64,000 nt of DNA from an uncultured virus (IMG/VR IMGVR_UViG_3300026521_000001). Lineage: Duplodnaviria > Heunggongvirae > Uroviricota > Caudoviricetes. The notes under the pieces are model-generated. The model was not told the DNA's origin, searched no databases, and saw nothing but the letters and a program-made list of their open reading frames with translations. Position 1 is the stretch's first letter; each line of letters begins with the position of its first letter. This document shows, in pieces, positions 28,253 to 37,326 of this stretch. The stretch lies in IMG/VR virus record IMGVR_UViG_3300026521_000001, one strand, 5' to 3'. A program made the position numbers and the translations under genes.

Positions 28253-30617
28253 TACTTTTTTAGTAATTACAGATGAAAGTCTTAATGGTTTAGATGAATT
28301 ATATCCTTATGATATGGTTCAAATTAAAAAAGCTAAAAAGAAATTATCTAAAAAAGAATTTAATGCTTTTATAGATGAAAACTGGAAGAATATTAAAGTA
28401 GTTTATAAAGCTATTATTGTTATTGGTTCAGAGTTATATAAATTCTTTACAAAAATAAAAAAAGCAGGTAATTATCACTCTGAAATATATAGCTATGATG
28501 GTGTAAAAGTATTACAAGGTATAAAATATCATAATTCTTGGTTAGAGAGAAATAAATATTTATATGAAGTATCACAAGAAACTATATATAGATATCTAAA
28601 TGAATTACCAGTAATTAGAATATGGGATTATGTAGATAAAGCAGAAGATATAACCACATTTGAACCAGGAGAAAAAGTAAACTTTAAAGAAGTAGAGTCT
28701 TCTGATTTATTAGTTATAGACTTTGAAACATTAGGTGTTAGAGCAGAAAATGCTGAAATATATAGTGTTGCTATAACTAATCCCTATAATTTAAAAACTA
28801 TAGTATTCAAATGGGAAAGAAGATTTACTTCTAAATTTAAAGAGCTAATTAAAGATAAAACTTTAATCTTTCATAATGCTTTATTCGATATGAAAATGAT
28901 TATTACTAATATGTTTATGAATAGTAATAGAGATTTATATGGAATGAGAAATGGTATTATGTGGCTCAAAGAAAATGTAAAAATAGATGATACTATGCTT
29001 ATGGTATATCATTGTAATAATAATACTCAAATGAATGAATTATCTTTAAAATTTAATGCTTTAAAATATACAGGAGTATATGCTATTGATGTGACAGATA
29101 TAGCTAAAGCTTTAGATAAAGGAATAATTACAGAAGAACAAGTATTAGAATACAATGCTACTGACACTATTGCTACAGCTCTATTATATAAAGAGTATTT
29201 AGGTAAATTAGTTAGAGAAGATGTAACAGATATATACGAAAAGAGTATTGAATCTATTTATTATCTAATAGAAACTATGATTGTAGGTTTACCTTTAAAT
29301 AAAGATAGACTTATAGAAGTAGAGAAAAAACTATTAGAAGAATTATCTTTTATAGAAGAGATTTTATATTTTTATATAGATGATTCTTTTAATCCTGGTT
29401 CAAGTAAGCAATTAAGTAAATTACTTTATGAAGTATTTGAATTTCCTGTATTAGAGAAAACTGACTCTGGACAACCAGCAACTGGTGGAGAGATTTTAAA
29501 GACTCTTTTAAATTATACAGAAAATAAAGATATTAAAAAAGTATTAATTGCTTTAAAAGACTGGAAAGATATTGAGAAAATACTTACTGGTTTTATTGAA
29601 CCATTTAAAAGGTATTATTTTAGTAGAAATAATACTCATTGGCTTACAGGCAATCAGAAGCTCGGAGGAACTAAATCAGGAAGACTGAGTAGTAATGAAC
29701 CTAATTTAGCTAATTTGCCTTCAAACAGCAAGTATGGTAAGTTAATAAAGAGTATTTTTCAAGCACCAGAAGATTGGTTATTCTGTGGTTCAGATTTTGC
29801 AGCTTTAGAAGACCGTATAGTTGCTAATTTAAGTGAAGATCCAATGAAAATTGGTGTATTTACTAAGGGAATAGATGGACATAGTCTGAATGCAGCGGGT
29901 TACTTTAGAGAAGAATTAGAATCTCGTGGAATATTTATAGATATGAATGATCCAGAGAGTATAAATTCTGTAAAAAAATTAGCTAAAGATTTAAGGCAAG
30001 AAAGTAAAACATATACCTTTGGTATGAATTATGGACAACTGGCTCCTGGAATGGCTAAGAAACAAGGTATTCCATTAGAGAAAGCAGAGAAAATAGTTCA
30101 AGGGTATCAAGATACTTATAAAGTAATGATTGCTTGGAATGAGAGTAATAAAGAGTTTATGAATAAAAATGGATATGTTAGAGGTTGTTGGGGTCATAAG
30201 ATTAAAACACCTTTAATAGCAATGTCTGTTATTAATTCAAGAATTACTCCATCTCAAGTAAAAGCTGAATTTAGAACAGCTAATAATGCTATTACTCAAA
30301 GCTACGGTATATTAACTACTGTTGCTGGTTCAAGATTTCAAGATTTATTAGAAAAATCAGAATTTAAGTATGATATATTTTTAATAAATCAAATTCATGA
30401 TGCTATCTATATGATAGCTAAAAATGAACCAGAAGTAATAAAATGGTTGAATGATAATTTAATATCAACTATGTGTATTATGGATGAACCAAAATTAATT
30501 GATGCTCCTGTTAAATTAGAAGCTGAATTAGACATTGGTAAGTCTTGGGATAAACAAGAAACACTTAAAAATAATATATCACTTAGTGATGTAAAAGAAA
30601 AGATAGGCACTCTTTGA
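28218..30617 (+). CDS. DNA polymerase family A with 3'-5' exonuclease
   Basis: ExoI IDFETLG, ExoII FHNALFD, ExoIII YNATD; TKSGRLSS..PN; motif A SDFAALE; motif B RQESKTYTFGMNYG; motif C QIHDA. Confidence 0.96.
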   Translation: METVKDYKKIDNTFLVITDESLNGLDELYPYDMVQIKKAKKKLSKKEFNAFIDENWKNIKVVYKAIIVIGSELYKFFTKIKKAGNYHSEIYSYDGVKVLQGIKYHNSWLERNKYLYEVSQETIYRYLNELPVIRIWDYVDKAEDITTFEPGEKVNFKEVESSDLLVIDFETLGVRAENAEIYSVAITNPYNLKTIVFKWERRFTSKFKELIKDKTLIFHNALFDMKMIITNMFMNSNRDLYGMRNGIMWLKENVKIDDTMLMVYHCNNNTQMNELSLKFNALKYTGVYAIDVTDIAKALDKGIITEEQVLEYNATDTIATALLYKEYLGKLVREDVTDIYEKSIESIYYLIETMIVGLPLNKDRLIEVEKKLLEELSFIEEILYFYIDDSFNPGSSKQLSKLLYEVFEFPVLEKTDSGQPATGGEILKTLLNYTENKDIKKVLIALKDWKDIEKILTGFIEPFKRYYFSRNNTHWLTGNQKLGGTKSGRLSSNEPNLANLPSNSKYGKLIKSIFQAPEDWLFCGSDFAALEDRIVANLSEDPMKIGVFTKGIDGHSLNAAGYFREELESRGIFIDMNDPESINSVKKLAKDLRQESKTYTFGMNYGQLAPGMAKKQGIPLEKAEKIVQGYQDTYKVMIAWNESNKEFMNKNGYVRGCWGHKIKTPLIAMSVINSRITPSQVKAEFRTANNAITQSYGILTTVAGSRFQDLLEKSEFKYDIFLINQIHDAIYMIAKNEPEVIKWLNDNLISTMCIMDEPKLIDAPVKLEAELDIGKSWDKQETLKNNISLSDVKEKIGTL

Positions 30618-30624
30618 GTGTTTA
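30607..30624 (+). terminator. Short hairpin after the DNA polymerase gene
   Basis: GCACTC-TTT-GAGTGT followed by TTATT. Confidence 0.45.
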
Positions 30625-30654
30625 TTAGAGTTATATTATGATATAATTTTAATA

Positions 30655-30856
30655 AGCATTCGCTTGAATGTTTAATTCTCCCTCGTGAAATTTTTTATTT
30701 TAGATATATTTTATGATAGTTGTGAATAACTCCTTTTGAATTTAAATTTTTTAACTTTACAAATATCGCAAATACTTTACTGAGAAAATGTCTTTAATTA
30801 ATTTCATACAACACTCCTTAATTTTAATTTTATAAATACGAGGGAGAACTCTTTTC
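30655..30856 (+). ncRNA. Candidate structured sRNA/leader
   Basis: TGATATAAT at 30639-47; 5' hairpin AGCATTC/GAATGTT; 11-bp perfect long-range stem 30676-86/30838-48 enclosing two ACTCCTT motifs. Confidence 0.4.
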
Positions 30857-30888
30857 CGTATAAACAAATCAAACACAAAGGATAAAAA

Positions 30889-31116
30889 ATGAATGACAAA
30901 GTATATATATTAAGTCTATATGATCAATGGTTTAACAAATCAAGTAGAATAGTTTTAGGTATTTATACAGAACCAGAAAAAGCAATGGCTTGTTACAAAG
31001 GCAATTATAGATATGATTTAGTAGAGAATGGTACTAATCAATGGTTTGTAGAGAAAAATGGTACTACTGTACATGGGTTAGAGATTGAAGAAGTCACATT
31101 AAATATAGGCTGTTAA
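30889..31116 (+). CDS. Hypothetical protein
   Basis: AAGGA RBS; 'VLGIYTEPEKA...IEEVTLN' small phage domain. Confidence 0.65.
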   Translation: MNDKVYILSLYDQWFNKSSRIVLGIYTEPEKAMACYKGNYRYDLVENGTNQWFVEKNGTTVHGLEIEEVTLNIGC

Positions 31117-31317
31117 ATGAGTTATATATCAATTAAATTTTTAATATATTTATTAAGGTGGATATTTTCAGGAGTTATTATGTTAATGCCTTTATATTTA
31201 TTATTAAAAATAAAGTGTTGTGAAGGAAAATACCAAGAATATATACATATATTATTATTACAAATAGTAGGTGCATTTATTTTTTGGTATATTGATAATT
31301 GGATATTTAAAGGATAA
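31117..31317 (+). CDS. Small two-TM membrane protein
   Basis: Two hydrophobic segments; C-terminal 'GAFIFWYIDNWIF'. Confidence 0.65.
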   Translation: MSYISIKFLIYLLRWIFSGVIMLMPLYLLLKIKCCEGKYQEYIHILLLQIVGAFIFWYIDNWIFKG

Positions 31318-31319
31318 CA

Positions 31320-31715
31320 ATGAAAATTTCTATATGTAAAAAAACATGTAATAAATGTGGTTTTAGTAGGAAAGGTACTAAAAATACTTTATACAAAGAG
31401 ATATTACATTATATAAGTCAAGGAAAAGTATTTCCTTGTCATTTAGAGCTTAAAAAAGTTACTGGCTCAGAGAATAGTGGTGTAAGTAAACTAAAAGAAG
31501 TAAAAATATGTAGAGGATATGTAGGGTTTATTAAAAAAAATTTAGATAATACTACTTTTAATCCTATTTTAGTGGAATATTTATCTGATTTTATGGATCA
31601 GATTAATGATGAAGAGTTGGAAGATATATACTCTAAAGAAGAGTTATATGAAGCACACCAAGATACTATACATGTATCGTTAAGAGAAACAACAAATTGG
31701 AAGGAGAGAGACTAA
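31320..31715 (+). CDS. Cys/His metal-binding phage protein
   Basis: CKKTCNKCGF...FPCH...CRGY. Confidence 0.6.
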   Translation: MKISICKKTCNKCGFSRKGTKNTLYKEILHYISQGKVFPCHLELKKVTGSENSGVSKLKEVKICRGYVGFIKKNLDNTTFNPILVEYLSDFMDQINDEELEDIYSKEELYEAHQDTIHVSLRETTNWKERD

Positions 31716-32239
31716 TGAATAAACAAGAAATAATAAATTACTTAAGAGATTTAGCAGATTGGATTGAGGAAAGAGGTTTTGGCAATAATGATGTAGATTA
31801 TTTAAGAGAAATAGCAGATAGTTTACAAATAGAGTCAAATATTATTTCAGATATTGTTAAATGGAATAAAAATAGATTACTTGATAAACAAGATTTTAAA
31901 CCAGAAGTTGAAATAATAAATATACTTGAAGAACTTATTGAAATGACAGGATACAAATCTGATTCAGCAAGAAGAATGTCAATAGTTATGTATGATTTAT
32001 ATTTTAAAAATGCTACATATATGGGAACAGAGTTAGTAGATGCATTTGCAGATATTATTGTTTTTTCCACAGGAGCATTACTTAAATTAGGGTATGATCC
32101 AGAAAAAGTAATGAATGAAGTTATTAAAGAAATTAACAGCAGAACAGGAGAAATTATCAACGGTAAATTTGTAAAATGTAAAACTCCTGAATGTCAAGCT
32201 AAATGGTATAAAGCTGATTTCGAAAAGGCTAAATTATGA
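31715..32239 (+). CDS. MazG-like NTP pyrophosphohydrolase
   Basis: 'ILEELIE...ELVDAFADIIVF...G...GYDPEKVM.EV..EINSR.G.IING.FVK'; start chosen at MNKQ (ORF track starts at 31697). Confidence 0.8.
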   Translation: MNKQEIINYLRDLADWIEERGFGNNDVDYLREIADSLQIESNIISDIVKWNKNRLLDKQDFKPEVEIINILEELIEMTGYKSDSARRMSIVMYDLYFKNATYMGTELVDAFADIIVFSTGALLKLGYDPEKVMNEVIKEINSRTGEIINGKFVKCKTPECQAKWYKADFEKAKL

Positions 32240-32481
32240 GTGATATATTTTGGTTCAAAGTAGTTGATATTTTGTGGGTAGTATCAACTACAATATCAAT
32301 AATATATTTTGTGTCAATACATATATTTAGAACACTTGATAATAAATATAATCATCATATGATATTGTGGCTTTTTGTAGCAATGATAGCTACTACATTA
32401 TCAAATGGATGTTATGAAACAGACCCTAAATTAGCAATGCAGGCATTTAATGAAGTAATGGTTTTAAATTTTAGTTTTTAG
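32236..32481 (+). CDS. Small membrane protein
   Basis: Two hydrophobic segments. Confidence 0.6.
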   Translation: MSDIFWFKVVDILWVVSTTISIIYFVSIHIFRTLDNKYNHHMILWLFVAMIATTLSNGCYETDPKLAMQAFNEVMVLNFSF

Positions 32482-32508
32482 TATAAGAGATTTTTCTCTT
32501 ATATATTT
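32482..32508 (+). terminator. Hairpin terminator
   Basis: TATAAGAGA-TTTT-TCTCTTATA followed by TTTT. Confidence 0.55.
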
Positions 32509-32622
32509 TAACTCACTGACAGGGGTAGTTACCTGAAAGTGAGACCAAGTATCGCTCTGTTTTTATTATTCCAAAGAGATATTTCTCTTTGGATATAAAT
32601 TTACAATAAATAAGGAGAAAGA

Positions 32623-32892
32623 ATGAGAAGAATTAAATGTGCTAAAAAACCTATAGAGATAGAAGTGTTGGAAATTACAAAAGCAGAATTAAAAGAATTG
32701 TTAAATGATAACCCAATTTCAATATCTAAAATAGATAATGAATGGTTAGCAGTTGAATGTGGAAACGATGAGATGGTAGGTTATATAGCAGGAGAAATTA
32801 ATGAAATGAATTCAAAAGATAAAATTCCAGATTTATGGTTCATAAATAAATATTATTTTAAAGAAAATTATAAAATAAAGGAGAAAAAATGA
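32623..32892 (+). CDS. Hypothetical phage protein
   Basis: AAGGAG RBS; 'KKPIEIEV...GYI...WFINKYYFKENY' pattern. Confidence 0.65.
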   Translation: MRRIKCAKKPIEIEVLEITKAELKELLNDNPISISKIDNEWLAVECGNDEMVGYIAGEINEMNSKDKIPDLWFINKYYFKENYKIKEKK

Positions 32893-33191
32893 GAAAAAGA
32901 AAATATGTAGAAAAGATTGATTTACCGTTAAATAAAGAGAATCATACATTGAGTTTTCTATTTGAAAAAGTTACTGGCGGTTATAGAGTATTAGTGATTG
33001 AAACATACTATTATCCAGAAAAAGAAAAATTTAGTTATAGAGGACCAAAAGCTATTTATGGTTTAGAATTTATGACTATGATTGAACCAGGAGATTTCGA
33101 AGAAAGTTTAAGAGGAGTACCTATTACAGGTATATATGAAAGATATATTGACAAAGATTATGATTATTTCAGTGATTTATTTAAGGTGTAA
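32889..33191 (+). CDS. Hypothetical protein
   Basis: AAGGAG RBS; overlaps its neighbour. Confidence 0.6.
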   Translation: MRKRKYVEKIDLPLNKENHTLSFLFEKVTGGYRVLVIETYYYPEKEKFSYRGPKAIYGLEFMTMIEPGDFEESLRGVPITGIYERYIDKDYDYFSDLFKV

Positions 33192-33194
33192 AAA

Positions 33195-33470
33195 ATGAGT
33201 TATACAAAAATTGAACCAGAAAGTAATGAATATAAAGATAGATTAGTTAGTGTATTTAAAGCAGTAAAAACTCTGAAAGAAGATTTATTTCTTCTGGATC
33301 CGAGTGAAAGAGCAGTACTAATAAAAGATTTTATGGAAGAAGTATCTCCAAGAGAAATAGCAATGACTATGTATTATGGAAATACTACAAGAGCTACTTT
33401 AATTGCTAATTTAATTAGACAAGAAGAAGCTTTAAATATAGAACATAGAATTGAAGGCGTAATACAATGA
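33195..33470 (+). CDS. Hypothetical protein
   Basis: Tightly packed ORF. Confidence 0.6.
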   Translation: MSYTKIEPESNEYKDRLVSVFKAVKTLKEDLFLLDPSERAVLIKDFMEEVSPREIAMTMYYGNTTRATLIANLIRQEEALNIEHRIEGVIQ

Positions 33471-33688
33471 GGATAGAAAATCTATTACAAAAGATAAATC
33501 AAGCTGATTATGAAAATTTAGAAAAAGTAGTAATTAGTGTAAAAGATTTATTATTACTGAGAAGTGCTATAAAAGACAGAGATGAAAGAATACTTGGTTT
33601 AGAAACTAAATTATCTTTAACAGAAACTAAATTATATAGTTTAGTAGGACAAAGATTGAAAACTTATAAAGAACTATCTGAATTATAA
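33467..33688 (+). CDS. Hypothetical coiled-coil protein
   Basis: ATGA overlap. Confidence 0.6.
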   Translation: MRIENLLQKINQADYENLEKVVISVKDLLLLRSAIKDRDERILGLETKLSLTETKLYSLVGQRLKTYKELSEL

Positions 33689-33697
33689 GGAGGTATT

Positions 33698-34243
33698 ATG
33701 CATAATTGGTGTGGTAATACAATGACAGTTACAGGTGAACCAGATAAAGTAAGTAAGTTTGCTAAAGACTTTACAGAAAAAGGATTTGCTTGTATAGGCG
33801 ATGTTTATATTTTAAGTAGTGGGAGTGAAAATACAGACGAAACTTGGTATAAATGGAGAATGGAATTTTGGGGAGTTAAATGGAATATAGATGATAGTTT
33901 AGAGATATTAGAAGAAGATACTAATAGATTCGTCGTATGGTTCCAAACAGCTGGAAGAGATCCAGAAGAATTTATTAAAAGAGCAAGTTTCAAATATAAA
34001 GTAACTATAGAAAATCAATATGATGAACCAGGAATGGGATTTTATGGTTATTACAAAGTGATTAAAGGTGTAATTGATGAAGACTATTGTATAAATGATA
34101 ATGATTTTAATCAAGAACCAGAAATGTTAGAAAAGATATTTGGTAGTGTGGAACAAGCATATGATTATTTTAATGATATGTTTGAAGAAGATATGACAGA
34201 AGAAATTATAAAAACAAAAAAATATTTAAAAGGATTACTATGA
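33698..34243 (+). CDS. YubB/DUF1281 ferredoxin-like protein
   Basis: M.NWC.N.M.V.G, WY.WR...WG.KW, F.TA...P, YDEPGMGFYG. Confidence 0.75.
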   Translation: MHNWCGNTMTVTGEPDKVSKFAKDFTEKGFACIGDVYILSSGSENTDETWYKWRMEFWGVKWNIDDSLEILEEDTNRFVVWFQTAGRDPEEFIKRASFKYKVTIENQYDEPGMGFYGYYKVIKGVIDEDYCINDNDFNQEPEMLEKIFGSVEQAYDYFNDMFEEDMTEEIIKTKKYLKGLL

Positions 34244-34833
34244 TTTTATTTAGAAAAGAAGCAGAAAAGATTTTAAAAGACCATGGGTTTAGTGAAGATT
34301 TTACAGTTAGTAGAGTAGGTAAATATATTTGGTTAGTTGGTAAATGTGGAAAAACTATTTTACAAGTAAGTGATTTAGAAGTAGGAAGTAAATTATCTAA
34401 AACTGAAAGAGAATTACTTATAGAAGACTATTTATATCCAAATGTAATTATGAAAAAAGCTAAATTAGATAAATTATTAGATTTACAAAGAAAAATTGTA
34501 TTTACTGAAGATCAGTTACTTATTTTTAAAAAAGAAGAAAATATATATATTGATACTACTGGTAACTATAATTATGCTGATAACAAGTATGATAATGTGT
34601 TAAATATACAATTAAATAACAGTAAATATACTGCTAAAATGGTAGAAAATTTAGAAACACATAAACAAACAATTTATATGTCAAATGTAGAAATAGATGA
34701 AGTACATAATGTATATAATAAATTATTGTCTTTAATGCCTATTAGAGATAAAGTATTTAAATTATATACTGACTTAAAACTTTTAGAAAAAGATATTTTT
34801 AAAATACAAAGAGAGTTAAAAATAGTATGTTAA
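34240..34833 (+). CDS. Hypothetical protein
   Basis: 197-aa tightly packed ORF. Confidence 0.6.
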   Translation: MILFRKEAEKILKDHGFSEDFTVSRVGKYIWLVGKCGKTILQVSDLEVGSKLSKTERELLIEDYLYPNVIMKKAKLDKLLDLQRKIVFTEDQLLIFKKEENIYIDTTGNYNYADNKYDNVLNIQLNNSKYTAKMVENLETHKQTIYMSNVEIDEVHNVYNKLLSLMPIRDKVFKLYTDLKLLEKDIFKIQRELKIVC

Positions 34834-35351
34834 AAGTATTATTACTTTTATTTGCTATTTCTCTTTATGGTTCTCCGTTTAAAAAGATAGATTCTTTATC
34901 TAAAGAACAATATGCTAATTTAATATGGATATATACCAAAGGTAAAAAATATGACTTAGGATTAACTTTAAGTGCTATTGCATGGCAAGAAAGTCAATTC
35001 GGTAAATATCCTATAAATTTAGCTGATCCATCAGGTGGGTTATTTCATAATTTACTTGGTTCTGTATGTTGTAGATTACATTTAAAGCCTAATCAATGGA
35101 ACCAGAGTAGAGTACTTGAAAGATTAGTAAGAGATAAAGAATTTGCTTTTGAGCAAGCTGTATTAGAATTAGCTTATTGGAAAGATTATTGGAAAATAAG
35201 AGATTCTCCCAAAGTATGGACCCATATGGTAATGTCTTATAATGGTGGGCATAAAGGAAATAAAAAGTATTACCATAATATATTGAAAAAAGTTAGATAT
35301 TTAAAAAACTATTTTAAATGGTTAAAAAAGTATAACCCTACTTTTAAGTAG
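34827..35351 (+). CDS. SLT/lysozyme-fold lytic transglycosylase-like protein with signal peptide
   Basis: N-terminal hydrophobic signal; AIAWQESQFG (catalytic Glu), GLFH, SYNGG. Confidence 0.7.
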   Translation: MLKVLLLLFAISLYGSPFKKIDSLSKEQYANLIWIYTKGKKYDLGLTLSAIAWQESQFGKYPINLADPSGGLFHNLLGSVCCRLHLKPNQWNQSRVLERLVRDKEFAFEQAVLELAYWKDYWKIRDSPKVWTHMVMSYNGGHKGNKKYYHNILKKVRYLKNYFKWLKKYNPTFK

Positions 35352-35377
35352 GGAAATTTACAAACAAAGGATAAGAA

Positions 35378-35635
35378 ATGACAAGAGAAGAAATTAAAGA
35401 TAAATTTATGAAAAATAGACATATAAATACACAATCAAGTTTATATAGTTGTGAATTAGTTGATGAAATATTTGATGACTTTGAAAAACGAACTTGTAAA
35501 AATTGTAAGTATTTAAAAATTTTTACTGGTGGATGTGCTGAAGATAAAGCATATTATTGTGATAATTGTGAAGGGTTTATTCCTTGTATAGATAAATTAA
35601 GTTGTAATGATTTTAAATTAAAGGAAGTGAGTTAA
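35378..35635 (+). CDS. Cys-rich (zinc-binding) protein
   Basis: CKNCKY...C...C..C...C. Confidence 0.6.
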   Translation: MTREEIKDKFMKNRHINTQSSLYSCELVDEIFDDFEKRTCKNCKYLKIFTGGCAEDKAYYCDNCEGFIPCIDKLSCNDFKLKEVS

Positions 35636-35642
35636 TTAAATA

Positions 35643-35909
35643 ATGGACAATAAAAAAATGACAAATTATGACTATAATCAAATAGCAAAAATATATCTTA
35701 AAGTTATGTTATCTTTACAAGAGGGTGTTTTTACTGATAGATATTTTAATACTGAAATAGAAAGAAAAGTAAATAAAGCAATTTTGAATGAATCAAATCG
35801 TTTAATTAAATTTTTAAATAAATCTATAAAATATAATTCTAATGGTATGACACTTGATGATATTATAGATAATTATTTAAATATGAAAGAAAGGAAAAAC
35901 AATGAGTGA
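35643..35909 (+). CDS. Hypothetical protein
   Basis: Tightly packed ORF. Confidence 0.55.
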   Translation: MDNKKMTNYDYNQIAKIYLKVMLSLQEGVFTDRYFNTEIERKVNKAILNESNRLIKFLNKSIKYNSNGMTLDDIIDNYLNMKERKNNE

Positions 35910-36183
35910 TAGATTAGATAGATTAATTGAACCAGTTAAGAATATGAAATCAAGTAAGTATTTATATAATATAAGTCCTTGTCATTTTAGTAATTTAAGT
36001 TATAAAGGAGCTTTAAAAGAAAAAATTAAATTAGGTAAATTATTACTTAAAGAACTGAATGAAGAATGTTTTGAGTTATCTGGGTCAAAGTATATACAGT
36101 GTGAAATAAGATTGACTAAAGTATTAGATGCTATTGAATTTAATAAGGCTTTATTAGCTGAATTAGATATTTGTGAAGGATAA
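35902..36183 (+). CDS. Hypothetical protein
   Basis: AAGGA RBS. Confidence 0.6.
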   Translation: MSDRLDRLIEPVKNMKSSKYLYNISPCHFSNLSYKGALKEKIKLGKLLLKELNEECFELSGSKYIQCEIRLTKVLDAIEFNKALLAELDICEG

Positions 36184-36186
36184 ATA

Positions 36187-36798
36187 ATGGCAAGAAAAAA
36201 AACTAAACAAGAAAAATTATTTAAAAATGAAAAATATAAAAAAGATTTAATTTATTTATATTTGATTTATGCTTATTTAGATATAGGTTTAAGAGAAGAA
36301 GAATGGGTGATATCTAATAAATTTGGAATTAATGTCATTAATGATTTAAAATTAAAAAATCATTCAGAAAAGACTCAATTAGATATTAAAAAACTTTATG
36401 CTACTACTAAAAGAGTTTTTAAACATTTAATGCAAGAAGGTGTATTTAATAATAAAAAAATAAAAGGAGATCTTATTATTAAACTTACAGAAATTGAAAT
36501 TAAAAAAGCTTTTAGTGGATATAAAAATCATTCTATAGTACCTATATATTTAGGCATTTTATTATTAATTTCATGGCAAGAAGATGTTAAATATAAATCA
36601 TTTAATATGTCATTAGATTATAAATATTTAGCTGATATAACTCTTAATATAGAAATAGAGCATCAAGATTTAAAAGATGAATTAAGTAGAAGTGAAGATG
36701 TAATATCTCATTTTTATAAAAACATTTATGGGGAATATCCTTGGTTCAAAGAAACAGGTAAAGTAGACTTAAAAGCTCTATTTAGTAAAAAGGAATAA
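36187..36798 (+). CDS. Hypothetical protein
   Basis: AAGGA RBS, 203 aa. Confidence 0.65.
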   Translation: MARKKTKQEKLFKNEKYKKDLIYLYLIYAYLDIGLREEEWVISNKFGINVINDLKLKNHSEKTQLDIKKLYATTKRVFKHLMQEGVFNNKKIKGDLIIKLTEIEIKKAFSGYKNHSIVPIYLGILLLISWQEDVKYKSFNMSLDYKYLADITLNIEIEHQDLKDELSRSEDVISHFYKNIYGEYPWFKETGKVDLKALFSKKE

Positions 36799-36800
36799 AG

Positions 36801-37064
36801 ATGTTAGAAGTAGAAGCAAGAGATCCAGAAGAAGCATTCAATAATATAGATTTAGAAGAAGCTATTGAAGAAATGTTAAGTACTGGCTCAACTACTATAA
36901 GTGTAGAATTTGGAGAATGTGTGCCTTATATATACAAAGGTGTAGAAGATTGTGAATGGTTTGATTTAGGAGAAATAGAAGTTACTGATAAAGATTTAGG
37001 TATTGATTGGTTTGAAGTAACTTGTATGTTAAGAGAAGAAATGATCAATAATAAAAGGAAATAA
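36801..37064 (+). CDS. Acidic hypothetical protein
   Basis: AAGGA RBS; very Glu/Asp-rich. Confidence 0.6.
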   Translation: MLEVEARDPEEAFNNIDLEEAIEEMLSTGSTTISVEFGECVPYIYKGVEDCEWFDLGEIEVTDKDLGIDWFEVTCMLREEMINNKRK

Positions 37065-37065
37065 A

Positions 37066-37326
37066 ATGAGAAAATTTATATTAAAATTATTAAATGCTGT
37101 AGATATAGATAAATATGTATCTAATAAATTACAATATGAAAATGCTATTAATAATTTAAATAAAAAAATAAATGAATTAGAAGATAACTTAAAAAGGCAA
37201 AGAAGAAAAATAAGTTCTTTAGAGAATGAATTATTAATGTATAAAGACCCAGATAATTGGTATGAAAAACATAAAGAAAAGATGTCTATTATAACAAGTG
37301 CTATGTTAAATAAAAAGGATAAGTAA
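37066..37326 (+). CDS. Coiled-coil hypothetical protein
   Basis: AAGGA RBS. Confidence 0.6.
   Translation: MRKFILKLLNAVDIDKYVSNKLQYENAINNLNKKINELEDNLKRQRRKISSLENELLMYKDPDNWYEKHKEKMSIITSAMLNKKDK

Noticed and set aside
28218..30617. Intein or intron in the DNA polymerase, terminase or primase
   Set aside because: Lengths are normal and motifs contiguous; no intein C...HN boundaries or homing endonuclease motifs seen
32512..32545. Possible hammerhead ribozyme (CTGA...GAAA)
   Set aside because: The core reads CTGACAG rather than CTGANGA, and no third stem or cleavage triplet is evident
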